Assembly: GCA_029258885.1 (NCBI GenBank)
Contig: JAPDJW010000019.1
Span: forward strand, 1-64,000
Direction of reading: 5' to 3'
DNA length: 64,000 nucleotides
Source of the DNA: Thermoproteota archaeon
Lineage (GTDB): Archaea; Thermoproteota; Thermoprotei; Thermofilales; B9-G17
The notes beneath the pieces are model-generated. The model was not told the DNA's origin and searched no databases. It worked only from the letters and a program-made list of their open reading frames with translations. The position numbers and the translations under genes are program-made. Each line of letters opens with the position of its first letter. Positions within the stretch are counted from its first letter, which is position 1. This document shows positions 1 through 10,480 of this stretch, in pieces.

Positions 1-2324
1 TAGGGGAGTTTCTCGACGAGACTGTGCTTAGGAATGCTCCTAGGGAGTATAAGCTGTTTCAGTTGATATTGAGGAGCAACGTTGTTGAGCCCGCTAACTT
101 TAATGCATTGAAGGAGATGGATAGGGAGGAGTTCTTCGATAGGGTGGTTTCGAGGCCTCTGAGGGATCGTAGGGATGAGAACGGTAGGCTTGGCGTTAAG
201 CTTGCGTCGGTTATATGGCTTCACAGCCTCGTAGGTCTAGGTCTTCCGATGAATATGGGCGATTTTCCGACGACCGTCGACCTCATATATTCGGTTTCTC
301 CGACGGAGCTTGACGTTAAGGGTGTTTTAGGTATTCTGAGGAGTGTTTTGCCGCAGCTTGTAGTCCACGGTGATCCGGATAGTGATGTTGCTAGATGGTT
401 CTATGCGACTATACCTTCTATAGATGAGTTGATAGAGATATTGAAGAAGAACGTTACCGATGAGATGGCCAAGGGTAAGCTGGCGGAACTCATGGAGTCC
501 GGTTTATCTGGCAGGAGGGGTAGGGGGAGGCTTCCGAAGGGATATAGATCGGAGTCCATCTTCAGTAATACTGCGGTTGTTAAAGATTTGGGAAGCATAC
601 CTAATGAGGTTTTAGATTCTAGGGATCCTGCTTTAGTGGTGTGCGTTAGTAGGGTGCTTAAGGATAAGCTGGAGAATCTGTTGAAGGGTAGGAATAATCT
701 CGTTGTATTGGCGCCTTACGTTGAGGGTGTTGACGATGGGGAGGAGAAGCTTTCTCCTGAGGATATTAAGGGTATAAGGGAGCTGGCGGCCTTCGCGGGT
801 AGGAGTATCTGGGATGGACTTCTGGAGATACTGCGATACTATGTTGCGACTGAAAGCGTTAGTGAAGATCATATAAGGGCGTTTGTTGGCGAGAGGATTG
901 GTGAAGGCAGGGAGGATTACGAGATTCTTAGGGAGGATTTAATGAAGCTGTTGAAGGGGAAGGTTGATAGTAAGAGGAGCTACTTCTACAGGCATGCCTG
1001 GAACCTGATAAACAGGTGTTATCGGAGGGTATACTACTATAGGCTGGGCAGGATACGCTATGAGGATGGATTAGCGCTGGAGACTGATAAACCGATAGCT
1101 CCTATTGTCGAGGAGTTCCTTAGGGAGAAGGGGTTAATACCTCCTGAATTTAGGAAGGAGAATATTGTATCGATCTTCAGGGACTACTTGGGTAAGGATC
1201 CCGAGAAGGATCCTATAAATGTTGGTAACTTATGGAGCTTTATACGTACTACGGATAGGGCGAGTGTTCCTATAATCAGCTATAAGATGTATCTTGAGGG
1301 TGTTAAGGATCTTGTCAGGAGCATGGACTATGCAGTTAGGATTAAAGAAAGAATGCTTTGGAAGCCTATATTCGACAGTAGGAGGGAGGCTGAGGAAAAG
1401 GATGAGGGTAGAATGTTGCTCAGCTCGGTGGAGGAGAATCTGAGGAAACTTGGTGTTTCATGGGATGACGTGGAGCTTATCTACTGGGAGAACGTGTTTG
1501 ATGAGTGGAGAGAGGGAGTAATTAGGAGTGTTCCAAGGGATAAACTGCTTAAGGTTATAGATAGGAGAGGTAGAGTTCTGGATATAAGGGATATCCGCTT
1601 TGATCCTAAGAATACTATAAAGACTGGGAAGCTTTTCTATGAGAAGAGGAAGTATATCGTTGACGTGGAGCCTAAGCTGCCTGAGGAGATGTGGGAGAGG
1701 AGGGAGTATGAGGGAGTCATAGAGGTTAGTGTGGAGAACTTTAAAGAGGAGGTTGAGGTCAAGCTTTACCCAGACAGTGGGCTTATTGTCGAGCCATGCG
1801 AGTTTAAAGGCATGCCTCCGGTGTCGCGTAGGATTAAGCTGAGGGCTGAAAAGGCAGGGGACTACGCCATTAAAGTTGAGGTATATGGTAAAGGAGAGCT
1901 ACTTGATAGGAGAATTCTAAGCATATCTGTTAAGGGTGAGTGGAAGGAGGTTGAGGTGGTTATCGGCGAGGGTGAACCTATCAGGGAGGGAATGAGGGTG
2001 CTATATGTTGAAACAGGTGAGCTTCTAGGAATCCAAGACATCATTAAGTTAGCTAGGAGCCATGGAGGATTGATAGAGGGCAACATAGAGATTCTGGGTG
2101 AAGTGGATGAGGTTAGGTTTGCTCTTCGTACTAGGGATCCAAGGGCGCTTGAACTGCTGTGGAGTCCAGTAAATACCTTAGTGAGGACTATGAGGGTGAG
2201 TCGGGTAAACGTTAACGTAAGACTGTATCCCAAGGGTGAGCCGGAGCTGAATAGCATTGTGAAGCTACTCATTAATCCAAGGCTTCTTAAATTTAAGGTT
2301 AAGGAAAGGCTTGTCAGCAGGTGA
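1..2324 (+). CDS. DUF499-family AAA+ ATPase, C-terminal part (5'-truncated by window edge)
   Basis: The frame is open back to the window start (GEFLDETVLRNAP...), so the GTG at 24 is not the true start. Walker motifs would lie upstream. The KLASVIWLHSL segment and position before a small gene and a SNF2-DUF3883 helicase match DUF499 operons. Confidence 0.6.
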   Translation, partial: GEFLDETVLRNAPREYKLFQLILRSNVVEPANFNALKEMDREEFFDRVVSRPLRDRRDENGRLGVKLASVIWLHSLVGLGLPMNMGDFPTTVDLIYSVSPTELDVKGVLGILRSVLPQLVVHGDPDSDVARWFYATIPSIDELIEILKKNVTDEMAKGKLAELMESGLSGRRGRGRLPKGYRSESIFSNTAVVKDLGSIPNEVLDSRDPALVVCVSRVLKDKLENLLKGRNNLVVLAPYVEGVDDGEEKLSPEDIKGIRELAAFAGRSIWDGLLEILRYYVATESVSEDHIRAFVGERIGEGREDYEILREDLMKLLKGKVDSKRSYFYRHAWNLINRCYRRVYYYRLGRIRYEDGLALETDKPIAPIVEEFLREKGLIPPEFRKENIVSIFRDYLGKDPEKDPINVGNLWSFIRTTDRASVPIISYKMYLEGVKDLVRSMDYAVRIKERMLWKPIFDSRREAEEKDEGRMLLSSVEENLRKLGVSWDDVELIYWENVFDEWREGVIRSVPRDKLLKVIDRRGRVLDIRDIRFDPKNTIKTGKLFYEKRKYIVDVEPKLPEEMWERREYEGVIEVSVENFKEEVEVKLYPDSGLIVEPCEFKGMPPVSRRIKLRAEKAGDYAIKVEVYGKGELLDRRILSISVKGEWKEVEVVIGEGEPIREGMRVLYVETGELLGIQDIIKLARSHGGLIEGNIEILGEVDEVRFALRTRDPRALELLWSPVNTLVRTMRVSRVNVNVRLYPKGEPELNSIVKLLINPRLLKFKVKERLVSR

Positions 2325-2329
2325 TGTAG

Positions 2330-2878
2330 GTGTCCGAGGAAAGGGTGGAGTACGTATTTACGTTTAGTGTTAAGAGGAGGAGTAGACCTAACCCCAATTA
2401 TGAGGGTATTCTGAGGACTCATAGGTTCTACATAAAGTACTACAGTCTCTTAAGCGGGCAGGATCCGGTCAAAGTTGTTGGTGATGAGGATAGCTGGTTG
2501 AAGATTGCTTTTCCAGTAAGGTTTACGGGGGCTGTGCTGAGTTTCGCTAGGGAGCTGGGCGGGAATGTGGTTGAGGTACGGAAGGTTAAGCCTCCTAGGG
2601 CTGATGCCTACTATGAGAGGCCCATTGTGGTGCTTCCGAATGAGATAGCTTTTCGGAGGCATCTTCTCTTTACTCTTACTGCTTCGACTTACAGGAAGCC
2701 TGAGAGGCTTAATACTTTGAGGAATCTCGTGCTCGCCTTAAACGCCAATTTTTTGAATATGCTTACTACGATAGCTCTGGATAGGTATTCTGAATTAAGG
2801 AATTCCTCGAATCCTGCGTGGCATTGGTATATGATGCGTGTGGGTAGGGCTGTGAAGGTGCTGTATAGGATAGACTAG
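2330..2878 (+). CDS. Small accessory protein of the restriction-like system (positional equivalent of DUF3780)
   Basis: 182-aa ORF 5 bp after the DUF499-like gene and 12 bp before the helicase. Family assignment is by position only. Confidence 0.5.
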   Translation: MSEERVEYVFTFSVKRRSRPNPNYEGILRTHRFYIKYYSLLSGQDPVKVVGDEDSWLKIAFPVRFTGAVLSFARELGGNVVEVRKVKPPRADAYYERPIVVLPNEIAFRRHLLFTLTASTYRKPERLNTLRNLVLALNANFLNMLTTIALDRYSELRNSSNPAWHWYMMRVGRAVKVLYRID

Positions 2879-2890
2879 TAAGGTGGTGGT

Positions 2891-5800
2891 GTGTATACAT
2901 ATCTAGCTCCCCTGCTCTGGATAGCTAGGGGCTACCTTAGATATAATCCCTTTTTTATTTACGGTGGTAGGAACCCTCTTCTACATCAGACGGAGGTTGT
3001 TGCAAAGTCTCTTTTCATAAGGCCTACTAGGATGCTTATAGCGGATGTTATAGGTCTTGGCAAGACCATTACTGCCCTCAGGATACTTAAAACTATAGGT
3101 GGATACAGGAGGCTTAATAGGGTTCTAATAGCGGTTCCAAGCGTGCTGGTTGATCAGTGGATTGATGAAATGAGGAGTATGGGTATAAGTCCTCATGTTA
3201 TAGATAGGAGGGTGCTTGAGTTTCTCCAGAAGCATCCCGATCTGTCGTCTGGATGGTATATTGGCTCTATTGATACGCTTAAACGTCCTGAGTACATAGC
3301 TATACTTAAGAGGAATAGGTGGGATGCTATAGTTGTTGATGAAGCTCATAAGCTCGGGATTCTAGGCAGGGAACCTAACTTCCGATGGCTAAGCCTTGGC
3401 GGACTTATTAGGGATAATAGGGATGCGGTAGTTCTCCTGCTTTCGGCAACGCCGCATAGAGGTAAGGCCAACGACTATCTGGCGCGTCTGGCACTTATCG
3501 ATCCAACGCTTCTGGAGGTAACGAATGTGGGTGCCTTGGAGAGGGTTTTCGATAGGCCGGAGTTCTACCAGAGGACGCATAATATCATCGTTTTTAGGAG
3601 GAGTAAGGAGGATGTTAATAGGGTGTACGAGGGTAGGGAGGTCTTTAAGCCCTGTAATATGCTTGCGGTATTGATAGAGCCGAATGAGGAGGAGAGGCGG
3701 CTTTTGAGGGCGTTAACGGAGCTGGCTACATCGTACTTGAGCAGATATTACGGCTACCTGATGGAGAACTTCGGCTGGAAGACTGGGAGGGTTCAGGGCG
3801 TAATAGCCCTATTAAGGATGTTGCTTATAAAGAGGGGTTTATCGAGTCCTCAGGCTCTTGTGAAGACCTTTGGTAAACTTATAGAGAAGAGGGGCATGCT
3901 TATTGAACTGCTGGAGAGGGGCTATAGCCCTGAGGAGGCTGAGGAGAAGATAGCTGAAGAGCTTGAGAAGCTTAGTAGGAGGATGGACGAGATGCTTACG
4001 GGCGATATTGGAGAGTATGAGGAGGAGCTGGATGGAGAGTTCAATAGGCTGGCTTCATACCTCGATACGTTTCTTGACGAGGAATTTAAGGCTAGGCTCA
4101 GGGCTGCTGCGGAGATTGCTAAGGATATTCTATCGGGGGAGGTTAGCGATTCTAAGTTGGAAACCTTGAAAAGGATATTGAATTTAGTGTTGCGTTGTGT
4201 TCCCGAGGATTTGCCTGAGGAATTTAGGGATTTAGCTAGTGGGAAGATAATAATCTTTACTGAGTTTAAGGATACTGCCTACTATCTCTATGATAGGTTG
4301 AGTAGGTGGGCTGAGGAGGAGTTTGGGGATAGGGGTATTGTTAGGATATTTACTTCGGATAATAGGTGTGAAATTGAGGAGGTTAAGAGGTGGCTTGCTG
4401 AGGAGGGTAGGAGGATTCTTGTTACAACGGATGTTGCTGGTGAGGGGCTGAATCTACAGTATGCTAATGTGCTTGTAAACTATGAGATAACTTGGTCTCC
4501 TGTTAGGCTCGAGCAGCGTATCGGTAGGGTGTGGAGGTATGGTCAGAATAGGGTAACCTACGTCTTCAATCTGTTTCTGGCCGACGCCTTGGAGAGGGAG
4601 GTTGCTGAAATAGTTTTTGCGAAGCTTTACGGTATAACTATTTCCTTAGGTAAGCTTGAGCCTATAATAGGTGAGAAGGTTTTCCTTTCTACTATAAGGA
4701 ATGAGCTGCTGGAGCATGCCGTTGAGGAGAGGGAGGTTGTAGGCGGTTTCATACCTATTGAACTGGACTTTAAGGGCAGAAAGCTCTCATTATCTGAAAT
4801 GAGGATAATTGATTTAGTTGCGAAGGATGCTAGGGCTTTTGTTGCAGCTTTCATAAAGGCGTTGAAGAGGCTGATAAGGGAGATAAAGTATAAGAGAATA
4901 TATCCTCCATCAGTTGAGGCCGAGAGAGTGAGGAGGGAGCTTAGATACTTGACGGGATTTAGAGATACCGAGGAAGCCGTTGATTCGGCGGTTAAGCTCC
5001 TGTGTTCAATAGCATATCTGTTGGGTGCTAGTATTGAAGAGCATGATGGAAGATTTCTACTAAGGTTTAGGGATGGGAGAATCATGGAGTTTTACAGCGG
5101 CAACCCCGAGGAGCTCTTAAAGGAGTTGACAAAGTACTTTAGAAGCGAGGATTATCCAAGGTATTTCATGTATCAGGGCGGCGACGAGAGAATTGTGCTA
5201 TTGGCAGAGGCCGAGGTTTCAGTGGGCGGTGAGGTCTGTTATAGGGAGCCTATAGGTATTGTAGCCAATGTTAAGACGGGCGATATAAGTATCCTTAGAG
5301 GGAGGAGGCTTATCGAAGAGGTTTCAGATATTCTTGCGAGGTCCATTCCGGTGGATGAGATTCACGGCCTAGATGACTGCTTATCGTTTATACCCGATAT
5401 CATTGATGCTTCACATAACACCTTCTACGAGAAGGAGGTGAAGGAGGGTATCGCTGAAATAGTCTGGGCTGCAAGAGAGTATGAGGAGATTAAGAAGGGT
5501 TTGAGGGGTTTAAGTTTCTTTGAGGTAAGCGAGCCTACAGTAAACATTAAGGAGCCGGAGATTATACTTTTAAGCTCCGCATTTCTCCCCGAAGTTGAGG
5601 AGGTAGTCAGCGGGGAGGTTTGGGGATGGGCTGAGGAGGAGGCTATACCGATAGTATTTAACTATGAGGGGCTTAAGGGGAGGGAGGCAGTAAAAGTTTC
5701 AAGCTACGAACACTATGATGTTAGGAGCATTAAAAGGAATACTAGGGGCGAGATTATTGAGGAGAGGTTCATTGAGGTTAAAACCAAGATGAGGAGAAGC

Positions 5801-5995
5801 TTGAGTGTGAGGCTTACTGGGGAGGAGTCTAGGGTGGCGAGGGAGAAGGGTGATAGGTATTGGCTTTACCTAGTGTATGGCGTTAGATCTGAAAGGCCTG
5901 TGATATTAGCTATAAGGAATCCTCTTGAACGTCTACCGTTTCAAAGGAGGGTTGCTGTTGAGAAGAGGGAGGAGTACTATTTTGGTCTTGGATAG
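2891..5995 (+). CDS. SNF2/RapA-type helicase with C-terminal DUF3883 (PD-(D/E)XK-like) nuclease domain
   Basis: LIADVIGLGKT, VVDEAH, LLSATPH, TDVAGEGLNLQ and EQRIGRVWR motifs; C-terminal YDVRS..RFIEVK..LT..E..A...DRYWLYLV. Confidence 0.9.
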   Translation: MYTYLAPLLWIARGYLRYNPFFIYGGRNPLLHQTEVVAKSLFIRPTRMLIADVIGLGKTITALRILKTIGGYRRLNRVLIAVPSVLVDQWIDEMRSMGISPHVIDRRVLEFLQKHPDLSSGWYIGSIDTLKRPEYIAILKRNRWDAIVVDEAHKLGILGREPNFRWLSLGGLIRDNRDAVVLLLSATPHRGKANDYLARLALIDPTLLEVTNVGALERVFDRPEFYQRTHNIIVFRRSKEDVNRVYEGREVFKPCNMLAVLIEPNEEERRLLRALTELATSYLSRYYGYLMENFGWKTGRVQGVIALLRMLLIKRGLSSPQALVKTFGKLIEKRGMLIELLERGYSPEEAEEKIAEELEKLSRRMDEMLTGDIGEYEEELDGEFNRLASYLDTFLDEEFKARLRAAAEIAKDILSGEVSDSKLETLKRILNLVLRCVPEDLPEEFRDLASGKIIIFTEFKDTAYYLYDRLSRWAEEEFGDRGIVRIFTSDNRCEIEEVKRWLAEEGRRILVTTDVAGEGLNLQYANVLVNYEITWSPVRLEQRIGRVWRYGQNRVTYVFNLFLADALEREVAEIVFAKLYGITISLGKLEPIIGEKVFLSTIRNELLEHAVEEREVVGGFIPIELDFKGRKLSLSEMRIIDLVAKDARAFVAAFIKALKRLIREIKYKRIYPPSVEAERVRRELRYLTGFRDTEEAVDSAVKLLCSIAYLLGASIEEHDGRFLLRFRDGRIMEFYSGNPEELLKELTKYFRSEDYPRYFMYQGGDERIVLLAEAEVSVGGEVCYREPIGIVANVKTGDISILRGRRLIEEVSDILARSIPVDEIHGLDDCLSFIPDIIDASHNTFYEKEVKEGIAEIVWAAREYEEIKKGLRGLSFFEVSEPTVNIKEPEIILLSSAFLPEVEEVVSGEVWGWAEEEAIPIVFNYEGLKGREAVKVSSYEHYDVRSIKRNTRGEIIEERFIEVKTKMRRSLSVRLTGEESRVAREKGDRYWLYLVYGVRSERPVILAIRNPLERLPFQRRVAVEKREEYYFGLG

Positions 5996-6004
5996 GTTGG
6001 AGCT

Positions 6005-7252
6005 ATGAGGGTTTTTACTCAAGGTAAAACTAAGATAAGGATCTATGGAGGATTAGGTTCAATCGGCGGCAACTGCATCGTCGTCGAGTCGCCATCTACT
6101 AAGATCATGCTGGATCAAGGTGTAAACTTTACTCAGCTTAAGAGATTCTACGGCTTTTCAATACAGCCTGATAGTGTCGAGGAACTTAGGAGTATGAGGG
6201 TGCTACCTCCTAGGGAGGCCTATGACGGTATCGAGGGAATATACGTAACGCATCTCCACCTAGATCATCTAGGCAGCTTAAATGTACCGGGAGGAGTCCC
6301 TGCCTATCTGCCATCCAGGGAAATAGCGGAAGTCCTCTCTAGGTCATGGTGGTTCGGCTGGAAGCAACATCTGCTTCCGCAGACTTTATCTTTCCTAAAC
6401 TTTAAGGAAATAGAGGACAGCAGTAAAATAGAATACGCTAGAGTATCCCATAGCGCCTTTCCCTCCTATGCCTTTAGAGTGGATACTGAGGATACATTCA
6501 TACTCTATACTGGAGATCTTAGGTTAGCAGTACCACATAGCATGTTTAGTGATACGCTTGAAAACCTTAGAAAGCTTTCTGAGGACGGGGTTGACGTTCT
6601 TATTATGGAGGGTACTAACTTCGGCAGAAGGATGAACTACTTAACTCCAGCCCAGTTTAAAAACATGCTCGACGAGCTCCTCGAAAAATATGGTCGTAAG
6701 CTACTCTTCATCTCCACGCATCCATTAGATTTAGAGTCGACGTTAGCTCTCCTCGAGCTTCTCTGGAAATCCGGGTATACGCCAGTCTTTGAAAACCTGT
6801 ATTATGCTCAGCTACTCGATATAATGCTAAGCAAAATTAACTATGATGTAGAGAAGGATCTCCTATTTACACCACAATCATCTAAGATTAGGACTCTGGA
6901 GAACTTTGAGATAGCATTCCTAGAGGAACTTAAAGATGTGAAGAAGGCGGTCTTCGTCCCAATATATGCAGTTAAAAACCTAGAGACTGTAGCAAATTTC
7001 TCCGGCGAGAATACTTATGGCTTGCTTCACGTAACTGTAATAGGAGAACCTCTTAGTGAGGAGTGGATAATTGAGGAGCGAAAGATCGTTAATTGGCTTA
7101 AGCTGTTGGGGATCACAAGCTATAGAATACATTTAAGCGGCCACTATCACCCATACGAATTCGAAAAAATAATAGAAGCGATAAAACCCAAAAAGATAAT
7201 CCCGATACATACTACAGCACCAAAAACCATGCTATCTCTCTTTAAGAGCTGA
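6005..7252 (+). CDS. MBL-fold metallo-hydrolase, RNase J/beta-CASP-like
   Basis: GGLGSIGGNC, MLDQG, THLHLDH, VSHSA, YTGDLR and HLSGH motifs. Confidence 0.85.
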   Translation: MRVFTQGKTKIRIYGGLGSIGGNCIVVESPSTKIMLDQGVNFTQLKRFYGFSIQPDSVEELRSMRVLPPREAYDGIEGIYVTHLHLDHLGSLNVPGGVPAYLPSREIAEVLSRSWWFGWKQHLLPQTLSFLNFKEIEDSSKIEYARVSHSAFPSYAFRVDTEDTFILYTGDLRLAVPHSMFSDTLENLRKLSEDGVDVLIMEGTNFGRRMNYLTPAQFKNMLDELLEKYGRKLLFISTHPLDLESTLALLELLWKSGYTPVFENLYYAQLLDIMLSKINYDVEKDLLFTPQSSKIRTLENFEIAFLEELKDVKKAVFVPIYAVKNLETVANFSGENTYGLLHVTVIGEPLSEEWIIEERKIVNWLKLLGITSYRIHLSGHYHPYEFEKIIEAIKPKKIIPIHTTAPKTMLSLFKS

Positions 7253-7261
7253 TTAATAAGT

Positions 7262-8695
7262 TTAGGGGATTGTTTTACTGAAAAATTTTTTATCTATGCT
7301 TTCAGATAACCATTTTATTTGTTGCCTTATCATTATTGCGTATTCCTTTCGTACGGTTCTTATATGCATAACTCTTCTTCTTCCCAAGCTGTTTATATCA
7401 TGTAGGTAGGTCTTCAATTTTGCTTGATTGTTTCTGAAGTATTCCTTAAAAACATCCCAGTTGGCAATTATTATATTTGCATAATCCATAAAATCTGCAT
7501 AGTTTAGTAGGTCTTTCTCTGGCTCCCATCCATCTTCAATATCCATATTTTTTCTTTTTTCGCATTTTTTACGAACTTCACTGGGTATATTATCCCACCA
7601 TTTTTCTCCGTATTTTTTCTTGAGCTCCTTTCTTATTAATGTCCTTAGCTTAACTTCTAATCCAGCTATTTCAACGAAGAGTTCTGTTAGCTCCTTGATA
7701 TTCAATTTTTCCTTTGCTTTAACTTTTATTGGCATCTTTTCCTTCTTTATTAATATCTTAATGGGCTTCCCTACTTCTAATATATTATCTATCAGTGGTT
7801 TCAGCAAGCGTTTTTCCAAAAATATATTATACAAAGTGGTATTTTTTATTTCGAAAGGCTTATTTTCACTTAATATGCCAAAATAGGGAGACGTTATGTT
7901 TCTTTTATTTGCTTGATCTATTATTTGTTGTATATCTTCTTCTGTGAGGTCGTACTGCTGTAGCTTATTCCAGTATTGTTCCTTAATAGTATCCAAATCT
8001 AAATCGGAGTTTATTATATACGCGATTTCCTTTAATAGGAGGTAGATTTTAGCAATTTTCTTTTTCTCTTGGTCTAATCCTGTCTTGAAAGGAACTCCTT
8101 CTACAAGAAATGATTGTACTTCTGGGCATATTACGTAATTTAATTCTCTCAGCTCACCACCTCTTGTAGCCACGTAATAGAAAGTTTTTACACATAAGTT
8201 TTCTTTTACCAAGACATCTAATATTCTATTTCTAAGTATTTTGATGCGTGGATCTCTAAAGATTGGTTCTCTCCAGTCGTAGATGAACATTTCATCACCT
8301 ATATCAACAGGAAAGGTTAGTTTTCTGCTAAAGTAGTCAAATATTAGGAAACGTAGAGTCGTTTCAGGTATGTGGATCTTATGTTTTCTTAGAAAATCGT
8401 TGACATCTGTAAATTCTTTTAGTTTTTCTTTTACTAACATGGAGGCTAAATCTTTTCCCTTTTCTGTTGTTAGTAATAACTCATGTGAGTACCATTTATG
8501 CTCCAGTATTAGATCGTGTTCCTTTAGGATGTCTATTTCCTTGCTGTATTTTCTAAATTCAGATGTTAGAACTCCTTCTTCCCTTATATGTTGAGCTATA
8601 TAAATTTTCTTAAGTACTTCTAGAGCTTTATCATTTAAGTTAAGATTATTAAGTGATGTTTCTGTCATATCACTATTTATTAAACTCTTAGCCAT
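7262..8695 (-). CDS. Swt1-family HEPN domain protein (putative RNase toxin) with long N-terminal region
   Basis: C-terminal LEVKLRTLIR..LKKKYGEKWW...LLNYADFMDY..II..NW..F, with Rx4H motif RRRVMH. AT-rich. Confidence 0.75.
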   Translation of the reverse strand: MAKSLINSDMTETSLNNLNLNDKALEVLKKIYIAQHIREEGVLTSEFRKYSKEIDILKEHDLILEHKWYSHELLLTTEKGKDLASMLVKEKLKEFTDVNDFLRKHKIHIPETTLRFLIFDYFSRKLTFPVDIGDEMFIYDWREPIFRDPRIKILRNRILDVLVKENLCVKTFYYVATRGGELRELNYVICPEVQSFLVEGVPFKTGLDQEKKKIAKIYLLLKEIAYIINSDLDLDTIKEQYWNKLQQYDLTEEDIQQIIDQANKRNITSPYFGILSENKPFEIKNTTLYNIFLEKRLLKPLIDNILEVGKPIKILIKKEKMPIKVKAKEKLNIKELTELFVEIAGLEVKLRTLIRKELKKKYGEKWWDNIPSEVRKKCEKRKNMDIEDGWEPEKDLLNYADFMDYANIIIANWDVFKEYFRNNQAKLKTYLHDINSLGRRRVMHIRTVRKEYAIMIRQQIKWLSESIDKKFFSKTIP

Positions 8696-8889
8696 ATTAA
8701 CTTTAACTACTCTCTATTTTTTGCTTTGTATATTATTTCATAAAATAGCTTTAAGACCGTAATCTTGTTATGTATACGCAAGGATGATGGATCCACGATG
8801 GGGCTAAGCTTTTTATAGATTTTAGATATTAGTATATGCGAAAAACTAAAATTTTTCCATTCAAATATTAATATAGGTGTTGCTTTACG

Positions 8890-10464
8890 TTGGTACACGA
8901 CAGGTTTCCTAAACGTATAGAATATGCTTTAATAAAGTATATTGCTCAATTAAATAGTAGATTAGAGGCTGCATTGAAGTATTATTTCGACAAAGTGAAA
9001 GACCATGTTTTTTTAACAGAAGATTTCAGGTTAAACATAAGCGATTATCTTCCGCATGTATTGTTTCCTCTGCCACTTTTAGGAGCTTATTTATTTAATA
9101 TTGAGAAGTTATGCTTTGACGTTAAGTTGCTTAATCCCTTTAGGGAAGATATACGTATTATGTTTTCAAATAAGATGTTAGTTCCTGCTTTCTCACTCTC
9201 TATATCGTCCTTTACTACCTTACAGCGCTGGACTAGGGAACCTTTAAGAGATATACAGATAATCCCACCCTTAGGCGATAAACCGCTAGTAGTAAGGAAA
9301 GGTGATTATTCGCTTCTTAATTTTTATTACTTTAGATCCTTGGGTAAGCTGGAAATATCTAACCCGGAGTATTTAGACTTTATATTAAAGGATATTTTAA
9401 TTTTAGCGGCTTTTCCTTCTATGCCAACAATAAGAAATAAATTTGATTGTCTATTAAAATCATTGCCATTTCTTAGCATTTATGGGTCGGATGTGAGCGG
9501 TGTAGAGGCGCTAAGCGTTTCTCGATGTTTAATAAAATTTGATCGTGGGTCATTAGGAGAGGGATATTCTCAAAAAAGAGCTATTAAGAGCTTATTGTGG
9601 GGCACTCTGCCTGTATATAAGGTTAAAGGGATGGTATTGTCAAGTAGTCCATTTGGAGGAACCATTAGAAAGGAGATAATATATATTCCAGAATTCTATT
9701 ACACCAGAATCTTTGAAGAATGTTATGATTCCATACTGGTAGATTCGATTGTACTTTCCTTATTCAATATAAGAAAGAGAGATTTAATGCTTTTTAATAT
9801 CCTTGGAGTACCTCTTAATATTTTTCAATTTGAGAATAATTTAGTAATCCCAATTATACTAGACTACATAGTTGCCAATATGTGTTCCTCAAGATTTTTA
9901 GAAATGCCCGATGAACAGCCACAAATAAGTAGAATGCTTAAGGTTAATGTAGTAATTTCAGAGCAGGAAATAATTACAAGGCTAAATAATATTCTCAGAT
10001 GCTTGCAAATAAAGTCCCGTAAGTTTAACACTTCTCTAATATCCATTAAACTGTCACCTAGAAATATATTATTATCTAACATACTAAGTTACGCTTATGT
10101 TTATCTTCTCCCATTTTCGGACGAATTATCTATAAAAGTATTACATTGTGGGAAAAGTCTCTCTATATCCTGTTATTATCCTCATATCCTCTTATCCATA
10201 TTATCATTTGCCTTAGTTAAGGGGTTAGACTTTGAAACATATAGGAAATTAATGAAATGCATAGTTAAAATAGTTAAGGAAAATCCCAAAGTAGAAGATC
10301 CTCAAGTATTAATTATGGTTAAGGATAAGCTTAATGAAATATTAAAGGATGATGTACATATAGGTTATAAAGACATATGTCTTTTATTCAGAAATATCAT
10401 GCTGGCACATAAATTATATATGTGCAAACTAAAGTATTTTAAGTGGATATTAAAATACCAATAA
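8890..10464 (+). CDS. Uncharacterised 524-aa protein, first gene of the helicase operon
   Basis: Long AT-rich ORF (TTG start) ending 16 bp before the helicase. No motif recognised. Confidence 0.7.
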   Translation: MVHDRFPKRIEYALIKYIAQLNSRLEAALKYYFDKVKDHVFLTEDFRLNISDYLPHVLFPLPLLGAYLFNIEKLCFDVKLLNPFREDIRIMFSNKMLVPAFSLSISSFTTLQRWTREPLRDIQIIPPLGDKPLVVRKGDYSLLNFYYFRSLGKLEISNPEYLDFILKDILILAAFPSMPTIRNKFDCLLKSLPFLSIYGSDVSGVEALSVSRCLIKFDRGSLGEGYSQKRAIKSLLWGTLPVYKVKGMVLSSSPFGGTIRKEIIYIPEFYYTRIFEECYDSILVDSIVLSLFNIRKRDLMLFNILGVPLNIFQFENNLVIPIILDYIVANMCSSRFLEMPDEQPQISRMLKVNVVISEQEIITRLNNILRCLQIKSRKFNTSLISIKLSPRNILLSNILSYAYVYLLPFSDELSIKVLHCGKSLSISCYYPHILLSILSFALVKGLDFETYRKLMKCIVKIVKENPKVEDPQVLIMVKDKLNEILKDDVHIGYKDICLLFRNIMLAHKLYMCKLKYFKWILKYQ

Positions 10465-10480
10465 ATTCGAAGGGGATAAA

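Noticed and set aside
401-5085. Antisense and nested short ORFs (e.g. 401-598, 633-872, 1862-2422, 4627-5085), and similar ones throughout the window
   Set aside because: They are shadows of long motif-bearing genes, Ser/Leu/Pro-biased, with no motifs or SD.
8707-8898. 63-aa ORF in the divergent intergenic region
   Set aside because: Short, AT-rich, overlaps the 8890 start and has no motif; more likely promoter DNA.
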